From: Catajapyx aquilonaris
Lineage: Eukaryota
Assembly (NCBI GenBank): GCA_000934665.2
Contig: JYFJ02003351.1
Location: forward strand, 1 to 43,321
DNA length: 43,321 bases
Reading direction: 5' to 3'
Shown piece by piece: positions 21,301 to 33,744 of this stretch (position 1 is the stretch's first letter; the number at the start of each line of letters is the position of its first letter). The notes below the pieces were generated by a model. The model was not told where the DNA came from. It was given only the letters and a program-made list of their open reading frames with translations, and made no database searches. The position numbers and the translations under genes were made by a program.

Positions 21301-24300
21301 GCAAGTTTTGTGCTCAGCCAGGTTTTTTGTCAACCGGATCGATTATGCCGCCTGAATGATGTTAGAATGAGGACGAACAGGGGAGCCTGTGGTTCAAATA
21401 CCTGGGGCATAAAAATAATTATTACACGTTTCGGTCCCGGTTCAAGTGCTCAGAACTGCTTCCAGTCTGAATGCACGGCTCATACGCCTGCTTAGTTCGC
21501 AAAAGGTAAAATCCAAAACAACTGCTGAAACCGCGGCCCTGCCATTGTAAATTTCCGGGGGCGGGACAAGCTCGTTTCTCTATTTTTTTGTGCTGGTAGC
21601 TTAACCTATTTTTATTTTTTTTCCTTCTAAAACTGGAACACTAGGTACTATGTTAGGTCAGCTTGTAGTGAATCACGCCCTCGCACGCTCTTGTTTAAAT
21701 ATTTACGCCAGCTTTCCCAAATCCCAAAATCGGCTGTAATTTTTCTCTCTCCCCACGCGAAACAGTGCAACATAGGTTAATTTCATTAACTATTTAAAAA
21801 TGTGGGGGATGCAATTCCAGCCGCATTTATCCTAATCAACGTGAATAAATGAAGCCGCCACGTCGTTCGTGTGTGCCCGCAATAAAATCGGTCCAGCCCC
21901 TGTGTCTCTCTTTCACAGGCTCCTTCGTTATCTCCAACAAGAGGTACAAACATAGTCAGGTTGAGAGGAAAAATAATACCTTTTTAAAAAAACGCTTAAT
22001 TCGATAACAGGTAGGTAGCACAAAGAGCCCGTCTTCTTTTTATCTCTTGGAAATACTCACGCCTCGGCAACTTTGGAGACTTTGATGTTTCGTCTGTCTA
22101 GCCTCTGTTTGAGCAAGTCAATCTCTTGCTTGAGGGCTTCAGCAGGGTTGCTCAGGTCAGCTTCGGAGACCGAGGGTGAAATTCGACCCCCTGCGACCCC
22201 GACCGCCAAGTGCTTGTTGCTCCTTAGGGGTTTGTTCATGCGACACGCCTTCTTGATGTCGATCTCGGTGGTGTTGACGCAACCCGGCTGCAGGGTTCAG
22301 AATGGGTTGGTTGGGGTGGTGGAAGGAAGTAAAAGATGCCCCCAAAATTAAAGGAAGGTGATCACATTTCGGATGGGGTTGTGTTTCAAGTCTGCCAGAC
22401 TGAGGAGCCGTTTTTTTTTTTTACCCACTCTTTCTTGCTTCAAATGGCGGGGGTGAAACTAGAGTGCTAACTAGCCAACTAGCTTTACTGAGCCAAACTG
22501 AAAGAAAAGTGTAACTTGGGTGCCGGGCTATAATGCCGAGGGAAAACTCGAAGGCACTGTAGTAATCACGTTACCGGGCGGCAGATAGGAAATCGGCGCA
22601 AAAAAGGGAGACTCTAGTTGGATCTGCACGCGATGAAATAGTTCGCATTATATCATGCTACGGTTATCTCGTGTTCGTAGGTGAGTCAAACAAAACTTGT
22701 GCATAGTTCGCAAGTGTCAATACTACATCTACAGGGCAGATATCGCTTAGGATATCAATTGGCATATAGATTCGGTTAGGAAAACAGCCATGGCATCCTT
22801 CGGAATTCTCTTTGTAGTGATGTCTCTAATTTTATTCATTTACATGCCTTTGAACTGACAGTTTTATACGTTTCGTTTTAGAAGCTTGAAGTTCATTCTC
22901 CCTCTTAGAACAAAGGCTGACGAGCAAAAATGTTCATATCAATCGTAACCGCCTTTCATCCTGGGAATTAGATAACAAATGAACCTCTCTTGTGTGGTGG
23001 AAAGGTCTGACAGTCAGGGGCGGAAATGTTTATTCAAGTTCATTAGGAAGCCCTATACACTATACAGCGCTATACAGTATACGCCTAAACTCACTCGAGA
23101 CGTTGGTAATACTAAACGTCATCTAACATACTGCTGCCGGTGCAAGCTATCATTTCTATTTAGTGAACACTTTTTCTGCATCTGCTAAAGCAATATCTGT
23201 ATACTGCGTCATATTTAGGTATAGAACTGCATGGTAGGAGTTACTTCCTGTGTACAGTTGATGAATTACGGAACTTTGCAGGGGTTCATTGAAACCGATG
23301 TATATTGTGGGGAAACTTGCGAGAAGTTCCGGTGAAAACTGGGACGCACTATTCCGAACGTACCCATTTAGAGTCGAGCGCGAGCAGAAGAGTGGGTAGA
23401 AACAAAACACTTCTTGTAGTTACCTGTCTGAAACGGCGCTCCTCAACCAGTGTTTTCAGGCAGAAATAATGTCGCGATATAAATGAGAAAAGTCTTACCA
23501 CAGGCCTGTGCACGTCCCAAAAGGCTCGTTCCTGACTGTCAAGAACTTTTCTTTCTAATTTGTCCCTCTTCTTGTCCACTTTGCTCTGGGCCTCGGCTTG
23601 CATGAAGATGAACTCCCATTTCCTGGAGAACATCTTTTGCAAACGAGCCAAATTTTCCGCCTCATAATCGGCCAGTTCGAGCCTCGTTTTGTTCTGCATG
23701 GTTCGTTTGCACAAATACACAGCTAAATGAACGCAAGTGTTAGTGTCCAAAATCACAAGATAATCGATGTCATTCGTAAGGTGTGAAATGGGGCACGTCA
23801 GCACTTACCATAATCGGTGTTTTCGGGTTCCCAACAATTGGAAGGCCAAAAGTAAGGGGTTTGAAACCTGTAGAAAGTGCCATCGTTTTTAACCGTCAAA
23901 ACGTGGTCGTCGATGGGAAATAAATATCCATGAGCTGCCATGAGGTGGGCCAGATGAAGAGCTTCCACTGAAAAAGTGCCAACCATAAAGGGAACACATA
24001 TGTCTTCATAAATTTCCTGCTGGCCTAAATCTCTACTTTTATCGCATCTTACAGTGCTTCTTGAAAAATGGCGGTGTTAATGCAAAGATAACTTTTGCTT
24101 ACTTTGTTCCTCGACGTCGAGGTTCTTTATCATCCAGGCCACAAGATCCGTACCTGAATACAAATAATAATATATAGTTAATTGCATTAGCGACACTTGT
24201 GACAGATGTTACATCCGTTTTTGAAGTATCCTTCACCTGTCACCTCGTGAGATATTAGGTTTCTAGTAACGTGTTTTGTATTACGAGTGCGGGCAGACGG

Positions 24301-27300
24301 ACACTTCTTTATTGAATTACCCCTATGATAATGTGCTCTAATTTCTCCTTCCGTCCGTTCCGACACAGAACGTCGGAAACCATAAATTGACATCTACCAA
24401 CCTAATATCCTAATGTTGTCTTTAATCAATCAAGGGCAGTTAAACACAGGGCGATTCAGTTTCAAACTGTACTGGTTATGTAAGGCATATTATATCTATC
24501 TTAACAATAATGCACTCAGCTGCAATACTGTAACATCATGCACGCAGTAGAAAACAAAAATCTGTCCCTGCTGCCATTTTGTCAGCGGCAGAAAGAAAAG
24601 TAGTACAAGAAAGTCCGCAAGTGACGCATTGTGTCAAAGAGACTTGGCAATGTCGTCGGGGGATCTTTACTGCCCTGTGGCGTGTCTGAAAAGAGAGTTC
24701 AGCATAAACCTCGGCTCATTCGCAGATGTAGGCCTGCTCAACACAACTCCGAGTGACTTACTATTATTATGGCAATTTACACGGTGAAAAAAATTGGCAG
24801 CAAAAAATACTCTATAAAGGAACAGACGTCTCGAATTAGATCACTTTTTTGGTGTGTAAGATGCTTTCAAGGCCCCGCGGTCTAAAAATATGCCACTTTT
24901 TATACCATTACTAGATATAACCGGAATCCTCGCAGGTGCAGGAAATTTGATGTTTCTCGTAATATGTCGAGTTTACTGCCAGCCTACATAGTAGTACACG
25001 GCCAACTGGAAGCCCCTGTTTGCGTACTAAAGGCAGATTTGTGATAACACACATATGAATTCGTGATTAAGATCGATTTCGTGCGTGTTTATGCAGGAGG
25101 ATTCAGTGATTCCTTCTCATACATCACAGCTGTTATATATAACTCAGTGAAATTAAAGCTTCAATGTCCATGCTCACGTTTCATGCAGCTGATGTCATCA
25201 TAACTGTAACGTTTCATAACTTGTACGTACAATGGGATGTGGTTAATGTTGAGAAAAATAACAAACTTAGTTGTATAGGATACGTGACGTCGCGTCGCTA
25301 TCGATCTATATATTGGCAGTTTACATGGATTCACTGAATTATCATGTAGATTATTAGGCAAAAATATATTTAGCGAGGGCAGGGTAATCTGCCGCTGGGT
25401 GTGTACAAATCATCCGGCATGCAGTATATAATTACTCTGGGGTAATGAATTTGTTTTATAAACCAAATGCTTTTACAAATATCATTAACCCAGATTTAAA
25501 ACGTATATAAATTAATATAGCTAGCAGCGAAGCGGATGATGTCATTAAACCCTTTTTATGTTGTTCCGCACTCACTCTAACAATATTACTGGCAATTTAT
25601 TTCCTCCTACATAACTGTGTATGGGTGTCTGATTCAGCCAAGTCTTCATCTGTAACACCGTATGTAGTCCGATTAGGATGAATCAAAATCTCTTTTTCAG
25701 TTGGATCGCCAGCGACTTGGTTCAATAAAAAAGACACGGGATCTGAGACATCTGCTCCTTTTCTACGTCCTTTTTTACTCGACCGTCCCTAGGGCACAGT
25801 CGCTAGGTGATATGGCGACAGTAAAAGGCACTTCTCGATTTCTGCACATACTGGTCAATAAAGTGACATGCACTATACTTTAGTGAGGATTTACCGTTAC
25901 GTAATTCTCCAAGAAACCTGCTCGCCGGATCTACTAGTTGTGAATATGCATACATTTTTAATTATTCCAGGGATTGAAATAGTGGGCAGTGACAGTTTGG
26001 TGGGGGAAACGCAGGACTTGTTTCGAGTTAGCTCATGTCAACGACTCCGAAAATCCCCCCCTCGCCATGACACGGCCCAGTAATTTCCCGAATCCGATTC
26101 ATGGACTTTAAACGAGGAGACTGGGCCATCGATCCAATATTCGAGCAGATGTTACATAAATACATTGGGGGAAGAGAAATGGAGGCTGTGAGTTATATAT
26201 GCGCCCTAATAATACGCTATGTGGAAAGGTAATTATTGTCAAAACCTCTTTACACAGATTTAATTTTAATTCAATAGCTACTGGCTTCCTGTTATATAGT
26301 CTTTATGTATACGCATGAGGCATGACACAGCTTGCAACAATTCGGTACCTTGGGCTAAATTCGAGTGTCCTAATTAACAAGGGCAATCTCTTACAGTGCT
26401 CGCTATGATTGTCAAGCAGCTTAAATACCACGAGAGGAAGCATTTCTATAGTTATTATCATCTAGTATCGTAAAAGTGTCTTCAGAAATACACAAAATAT
26501 ACGAGAACCGTGTTGAAGAGATATTCCTTATTTTCGGATTGATCCGAAAAACTAATTGGTACTCAGCACCCGCTCAGATGTAATCAGAAGCCTCGACAAG
26601 GGTTTTTTTTTCTCGTCCCATTAATTAACAGCAGCAGTTTCGTCGCCGTGTAAGTAAAAATGGGGCCAAGTGGAACACAAAGCCCATTTTGGAACGAAGT
26701 GGCGAGCTGTTTATATTTTAACTCGTTTTTGCCAGACCTTCCTTTTGAGTTAGGATTTCAATCTATTTTGGGCCGGAATGTGGAGGACTAACCCTCCCGA
26801 CCCAACCAGTTACGTGCTGGTGTATACACACAAACATATGAGACTCGTTAGGAATTCAGAAAAGCCAGTACGACTTTTATCTTCATTCATTTCCAGCAGA
26901 TATCACATGTACGTGCGACGAGATTTGTTTCCGTTAAAAATTGGTAAAGTTACTGGGCATGTGGGCCACATTCTTACTTTGAAGCAGCTTAATGACAGTG
27001 TCGAAAACCTATACCCTGAACAGGTGCAGTAACCCAATATTGCAAGCGACTATATCGGCCACAATTTTTGATGCAGAAGAACACAATAAATTCGAGTCCT
27101 ACAACATACAACATACAACATATTCGGTTCCGAGTACCACCTATGCAGTGTAAGACTTTACCTGATGCGGGGAAACCCTTGCTAAAGTACCGATTATACA
27201 GAAGTATTTTAAAGAAGCCAAATATGTACTTCAAATATTGTGAACACTGCATGCGCTCCGCCCGTGCCGCACCCTGCAGAGTCCATAAATAATGTGGACA

Positions 27301-29517
27301 CTTTTTACTGTTCTTTCTATCACACCCATCCCTCAACTTCTGATACCCACCTATGTTTTTCTGTAGTACTGTACTTTCATATACAAAACCAGTGTCATTG
27401 GTTCTCCTCAAACTAATTAAAATTGAAGTCGTACGCATTGAAAGTTTCATCCCTCCTTTCCCCGAAATGTACAGTACAGTCAGCAGGGTCTACAGTACTA
27501 TATACTATTTAAAAAAGTTTCTACCTGACGCGCCCTAGAGGTATACAGCAATTGACTGCGTGTATATACCTGGGACTACAAATCGGCTTAGAGCAGGCGC
27601 GCGTATCTATAAGGAAAGCTGTTAAGTACTTTGTATTAGAATCACCTATACACAGTGCGGGCCCTACAGTAAGCCGGTCATAAACCTCGCAAGAACCGGT
27701 GTTTTCAAGCATATTTGAGAGATTTTAGCATGAGCGAAGTCAAAGGGCGAAGGAAGTGCGATTAATTGTCTTCTCCTTTACGCTGTCGCTCTTGCCAGGA
27801 CCGATTCTGGCGAGCTTGTGAACATACCTAATTGGTGATCTCGCTGTGCTGCAGGAAGCTACCTTGGTCAGTTGCATATCGACAGGATACAATTGACCGA
27901 AACTTTTTTGTATACATTTAGTACTGTACACAGTAGACCCCCCAACATGTGCCGACGTAATTTATGAACGAATCCTTAAGGCAGTATGCAAGTTGCATTA
28001 TCCATTTAATAAATTGCAAGCTGGCAATGAATGAATGTAACACTACAGGTATTATAGGCCTCCAAAATGTCATTTGTCTTATTTCAATATCTAGTCGCTT
28101 GGAACCTATTATAACACCTGCAGGCTTCAGCCATCCCACCTCCCCGCGCATTTTTTCCCCATGATAAACGACATGGCCAAAAAGCAATTGGAATTTTGCC
28201 TCCGACTTTTTCTTCTTCTCCGAGAACGTCAGCTTTGAATTATTGAGTCCCATCTCCCGATAAGGAAAGTGCCAGGAAAGGAAAGTATGGTGAAGAGGTT
28301 CGAGTCAATGCCAGAATATTCCGCCTTGATTTTTTCTTTTTCTTTTTCTTTCCCTTGTCCTTTTTCCCTTCTTTTTCCTTTTATCTTTTATCCCCGCCTT
28401 CCCTATATGCAGCCTTTGATTTTCTCACTGCTGCAGATTTATCAGATTGCAAAAACGTGCATTGCGGACGGCTGGACCTGATTGACCGCCTTGTATTCTT
28501 ACATTAGAACGGAAGGCTTGAAAGGAACCAGAAGAATGGCCGACAGACCTCCGAATTTGATAATCCGCGAATTGCGGTCGCAAACGGATATAAACGTTGA
28601 TTTCATTGCCCATGCCGCAAACCAGAAGGTAAATCGGTTATCTGGTTGGCTGCAACCGCACCGGGATTGGTTATCGGTACTTTCACAAAACCCAAGTTAA
28701 AGCCAAACTGGAAAATTCTTCCTGCAGCTAGCTTCATGTTCAATAACACACCAAAATCGGGGGTTTCCTGCAGTTGTTTCGGAAACTGGCCAGCATGATC
28801 CGCGTTACACGCATTCTTTCATACTAGGAGTTTAGGTGTTCGCCACATAATTTGGTTATAGAGGTTTATATGCTTCTGGGCTGGAATTTGTGTAGGATTG
28901 GGCTGCCACCGTTATCGGAATAAATTACAAACTCGGGAGTTAGGGATATGCAAATTGAAATATGAAAATTAGACATCCCCCGTCTTTTACTCGGGATTCG
29001 GTTATTTCTTGAAATTACCTACATAAAACAAGCATTTCATAAATGGTCTTATTAGGTTACGTCAAGGCTACACCACGTTCGACACTTGACTGCTTTGGTT
29101 AATTAGGTTACATAATAATACGAACTAAGCGGGTGAAGGACAGGTCGATCACACTTGTCTGAGTGTGCTACAAAGTCCATGCAAACGAGCAGAAGAAAAG
29201 CGACATTACCCGTGAACACCGAAGGTATTTTCGACATGAAACTTTTGACCGTCTTGACCGGAACCCCAATCCCTTCATCTTGCATCCTCTCAATGATTTT
29301 CTCCATCTGGAACGGGGTAAACGGTCATATGGACTCTCCCCCATTGGACTAAAAGCCCAGAACGGGCACGTACTTTACGGTAGACGAGGTGGTTTGGAGT
29401 CTCCTCCACATTGGAATGTTGTTGGATATTGGATGGTCCGGCCTGTCCATTGTTGTTGCTGCTGGATTCTGCTGCCTTGCGCCGGGCGCCGGACTTTTCT
29501 GCGCTCATAATGACCAT
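18327..29517 (-). CDS. RGS7: Regulator of G-protein signaling, R7 family (RGS7/RGS6/egl-10-like), about 495 aa, 11 coding exons
   Basis: Exons 29517-29374, 29306-29210, 24153-24103, 23967-23809, 23722-23499, 22287-22061, 21120-21007, 20829-20704, 19381-19195, 19133-19041 and 18392-18327 (TAG) are all GT-AG and phase-consistent (1488 nt). Domains: DEP ([19 protein letters not shown]...[16 protein letters not shown]), DHEX ([12 protein letters not shown]...[11 protein letters not shown]), GGL ([18 protein letters not shown]) and RGS ([34 protein letters not shown]...[13 protein letters not shown]). Confidence 0.96.
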
Positions 29518-30772
29518 CACACCTGCTCGGATTGACACTCCGCCATACCTCCCTGTCACTGGTAGTCCTTAGGCCGTCCTCTGCACTACGACACTGTCAT
29601 TTCAGCACTGCCATGAGTATACGAACCTCTGGTTCACCCCGGCGAGAGCTGCTGTTGCTTTGCCTGTCACTTGCAGTCTAGAGAAGTTGCGGAGACATTG
29701 AGATCAACAGCATGAGCTCTTCGTAAAGTTGATACTTGTCGTCGGTGGCCTCCACTCTCTCGGGATGGTGACCCCACCGCATCCTCCACCACCACCACTT
29801 ATTCTGCTTCATATCTTGCCACCAGTCACATAGCACTGCACATTTGGACGACCAGATCTTTTTTGCACTTACTACTACTACATGTCAGAGCGGGCGTTTG
29901 TGTATGAGGGATGAGCCCCCTCCCGCTCCTGGGCTCTCCCCCTGCCCCTACTTTCTGGGGCATGTATGTGTCTGTGTCAGAGAGAGACCAGAGGGGGCCG
30001 AGGGGGAGGGGTGTGCACACTTAGGGATGGTTGCTTTTGCTCTGACCCACTGCGGCCAGGAAATGGTACGAGACGAAAAGGCTTTTCGATCAATGGAACC
30101 GTCCCGGGATTCAGAGCCATCTGCACGACTTGGGAACAAATACGGGCGTTTGGCGGGCGCGCTGCCATCAGCGATTTTTTCGCCATTTATGACACGCCTG
30201 TGTCGCTCTTGTTCGTTCTAAGCCTACACTATATTACACTCGACAAAAATTATTCTTTTGGACTCATTAGTCGATATCACTAATTCGCGTGAATCTGCAG
30301 TGATTAACCATTTTTTTTTGCATTTACAAACCGTTTCATTCGCGTTAGATATGTGCAGTGCCTGTCGCGGAATCATTGTCGGTGTCCTTTTGTCCAATGG
30401 CGTGCTATAATATAGTCATGCTGCCCTAAATGCATACAGTCGAGGCTGGTCTAACCCGCGGAAACGGCAGCGGGCCAGATTACCTTGTTGATTTCTTGCA
30501 CGTTGCTACCACAAATAAACGCGAGATAGTCAGATGAAGGTAGTTTCTTTTTCCATGTTACAGGTCCAAGAGGTAGAACTGGAGCTTTTTCCATTAATAA
30601 ATGTGGGGGTTTGGAAATGTGTCAGAGTTGCAGTGCCCTCGCATGACTGGATACCCCGCATATTATTTTACCTGTAACAGTCCCCATGTAGCCTACGAAT
30701 AGTATTTGAAAAGCCGCAGGTCCTTTAGGTTTAAACTTTAATCACAGGTAAGAATACAAAAATTTATAAATA

Positions 30773-31104
30773 CAGTTGACTCCGGATATAACAGCCTCTG
30801 ATGTAACAAACTCTCGGTTATAGCAGACTCGAAAGGCTGGTCTCGACATACTTCCATAAGGCCCTATAGCTGTATACTTTTACTCCGGATATAACAGACT
30901 CATTTTTCACACAACATCGGCTATAACAGACAATTTCTTGGTCCCTCGATGGGAAAATATGCTGCTTTTGATTACTCAGCTATACCTTTACCACGCGTAG
31001 GAAGGCACTGCATACTGGAGCATATATCTGCATATATCACGGATCTAAGCTTCCTACTCGAAAGTTTTGCATTTCAAGGTATCCATTTCATGTATCCGGA
31101 GTCA
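30773..31104. mobile_element. pogo/Tigger-like MITE
   Basis: TA|CAGTTGACTCCGGATATAACAG left end, repeated CGG(A/C/T)TATA(A/G)CAGAC subterminal motifs, and inverse TATCCGGAGTCA at 31093-31104. Confidence 0.6.
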
Positions 31105-31238
31105 TAATGAACTCCCCTCCTTGTGCTGTGTCACAGAGCTGACCCTGGTTCCCCGGCATGAATCGGCATTCTATACCCGAGCCTACACCTCTGAGACAAC
31201 CAGTTGGCAGTGAGACATCTCTCAAAATGATACGGGTG

Positions 31239-31517
31239 GTACAGGATTCTTTGGAAGAAGCCTGGCATGGGTCCGAAAGGCCGTCGACGACGTTGACATC
31301 AACGATGTCTATCCTGACAAGTATGGATACCCTCGTACATGCCTGCCTCGCTGGTTGCAGGAGTCAGAAGGACGGGAGTGCGAGCGCCTGACCCCGGCAA
31401 CCAGCGATGAAAGCATGTTCGGGTGTGTCCATACTTGTCAGGATAGACATCGTTGATGTCAACGTCGTCGACGGCCTGTCGGACCCTTGTCATGCTTCTT
31501 CCAATGCATCTCGTACC
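31239..31517. repeat. Long foldback (inverted repeat, arms about 120 bp, loop about 20 nt)
   Basis: 31251-31330 versus the reverse complement of 31425-31504 is 75/80 identical, with looser pairing extending on both sides. Confidence 0.9.
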
Positions 31518-31569
31518 AATACACGCTGTATAAGAGTCGGTTACAATTTGGTAAAAAATAATGTTCATA

Positions 31570-32093
31570 AACCCGCCCAATCATATCTGGAGTTACCGTT
31601 GCAATCCTATCCCGTAGGTGCTGGATATCTTGGATCTTTACACCACACACATTGTTCTTGATGAATGATGATTCACATAAAAAGTCGCCTCATCAATGAA
31701 ACAAACCTGCCGTATATAGGAAAGTTTCATTTGTTCAGCCCTCCAGTGTGCAAAGTCTTTAATGAGAAGTTTCGCCATGCTTAGCCACTCCAGAAGCCCA
31801 GATCTTACCACAATTGACTTTTTCGTGGAGACACGTGTATGGTGAAAAGATCCGACATCACCAGCACCTACGGGATAAGATTTCAACGGTAACGCCAGAC
31901 ATGCCTGAACGGGTTTGGCACGACACCGATTACCGTATTTAAATTTTCAGAACCACACATTGAGCTCATATCGAAACAAATTATGGTAAGGCCAAAACCT
32001 TAGACACTTCTGAGCATTTCAAAGCTTAAATCATTAGATATGTTTACAAGTTTTCGAGTTTTCAAATAGAGACATTCTTTTTCAATGACCCTG
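31570..32093 (-). mobile_element. Decayed Tc1-like transposon remnant with internal inverted duplication
   Basis: TA|CAGGGTCATTG terminus at 32093; minus-strand FIDEATF (first catalytic Asp motif) and KIQDIQHLRDRIATVTPDM; 31587-31650 is inverted relative to about 31833-31900. Confidence 0.6.
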
Positions 32094-32501
32094 TATTGTA
32101 TTAATACAACTGCAAACTGGACGTAACTGGAGGGTCAGAATGATATCTATCCAGCTCATATACTTCGGTCACAAATTATCAAATCTGGTCATCCATTCCT
32201 CAAGGAGCCATGATGTTCGAAAGTGTAAGATACGACAGTTCGCTTGACGTGTGGCCAAAAACAGTGTCAAGCAATTATGTTATTGCCACTGGGGCCATAG
32301 CACATTGCACATAATAGAGGGTGCTTCACTATAGGTAGTCCCCAAAGAATCGACTGTATTTCTCTTACCACTCTACCTAGAAACGTGATGTTTGGGTTAA
32401 AGGTCACCTTAGTTCATGGGAATGTAGCACCATTCACAATAAATGCCGTAATTTACCTTCAACGACCTCCATACGCACTCGAACGCAACTCGACGCGACG
32501 C

Positions 32502-32671
32502 CAGTGGCGTCGCTAGGCAGGTGCGGGGGGTGCGGACCGCACCGGGTGCCACCCTCAAAGGGGGTGACACCCAAGTGATGTGTGAAATTTTTTGGAACCC
32601 TTGAGAGAATGTATGCTTTCTTTGCGGCTTCCACACATCGATAGAAACTACGGAAATAATTTAAAGGTGTA
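32502..32671. mobile_element. Partial hAT MITE (same family as 1982-2342)
   Basis: Starts CAGTGGCGTCGCTAGGCAGGTGCGGGGGGTGCGGACCG and matches the reverse complement of about 2217-2342 up to a TA where a mariner end begins. Confidence 0.8.
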
Positions 32672-33313
32672 CGAGGTGTGATCAAAAAGTTCCCGGACTG
32701 TCGATATACCGTGAAATCCAGTGGAGGTACGAACTTGTGACGTTAGGGGGCGCTAGGTACACCTTTCCTCTATTAGTCTGAAAATTTTCGTCTTCATAGG
32801 TGCACATGTTTCCGAGTTTCGGCAGTTTTCTTGACACCGTGTTCTTGTGCTTCTGCGATTTTTCGAAATCGCTTATGTTAGGGAGCAAAAGATTTGTAAA
32901 TTTTGCGTTCCAACTCAACAAAACTTCGGATGCAACCAACCGAATGCTGAACAAGGCTTTTGATGAGCAAGTTGTGAGACAAGCAATAATATATGAGTGG
33001 GTTAACAGCTTCGAAGGTGGCGCGTCAAGTTTGCAGCAAAATCAACTCAGTGCTGATCATTTTCTTTGACATTTTAGGAATTATGCATATAGAGTTTCTC
33101 CCTCCTGGTAAAACTGTCAACGGCAAGTATTAGGGCCTACTGGGATGGTTTGAGACGATTTAGGCTCAAATGGCCGGAGATGTGGAAGAACATACAGACT
33201 GGTTGCTGCACCATGACAATGGCGCCTGCACACCAGCTGCACACACCTCACGCGTATAGTCAGGGACTTCCTGATAAAAAATAACATGACCACTGTTCCC
33301 CACCCTGCATATT
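32672..33313 (+). mobile_element. Mariner transposase pseudogene (internally deleted, 3' truncated)
   Basis: TA|CGAGGTGTGATCAAAAAGTTCCCGGA TIR; N-terminal HTH (FQLNKTSDATNRMLNKAFDEQVVRQAIIYEWVNSFEGG); catalytic-region remnants IIFFDILGIMHIEFLPPGKTVNGKY, WLLHHDN and VRDFLIKNNMTTVPHPAYS with stops and frameshifts. Confidence 0.9.
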
Positions 33314-33545
33314 CGTTTGTCCTGGCCAAGGGAGTACTCACTTCGGTACTCCGGTGTACACCTGCAGTGGTACTCCCTGGTACTCCCTGGTGCTCCCAGA
33401 CAATAAACAAATATGCCTCTAACTTCGGGAGCTTTTCCCTCTCGTGTCGTGCTTCCAATCCCAAGGGGCTAAAAAATTGTGCCGGGGATCGAACCCCGGA
33501 CCTTTCACATGCAATGCGAACGCTCTACCACTGAGATACACCCCC
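33314..33545 (-). mobile_element. tRNA-Ala(TGC)-derived SINE or tRNA pseudogene
   Basis: Minus strand 33545-33478 reads GGGGGTGTATCTCAGTGGTAGAGCGTTCGCATTGCATGTGAAAGGTCCGGGGTTCGATCCCCGGCACA, which is Ala-like with a TGC anticodon but lacks the 3' acceptor strand. The 3' boundary is approximate. Confidence 0.7.
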
Positions 33546-33744
33546 ACTTCGTAGGAGTTATTGCTTCATTACGAGGAGACCTATGAACATGTTCATAACA
33601 CATAATATTGAACATAAATTCATGTAGGGTGACACCATGTCCAAATCTCCAAAAGAAGGGCATAGATGCTCTGTATAGGCTGTGTACAATACACACTATA
33701 TTATACTAATAAATGCGCCTTTTTTACTTCAGCATAACCGCTGC

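Noticed and set aside
33478..33545. Functional tRNA-Ala(TGC) gene
   Set aside because: The acceptor stem pairs for only about 3 bp (GGGGGTG versus CACAATT) and the D-stem has a mismatch; more consistent with a SINE head or pseudogene.
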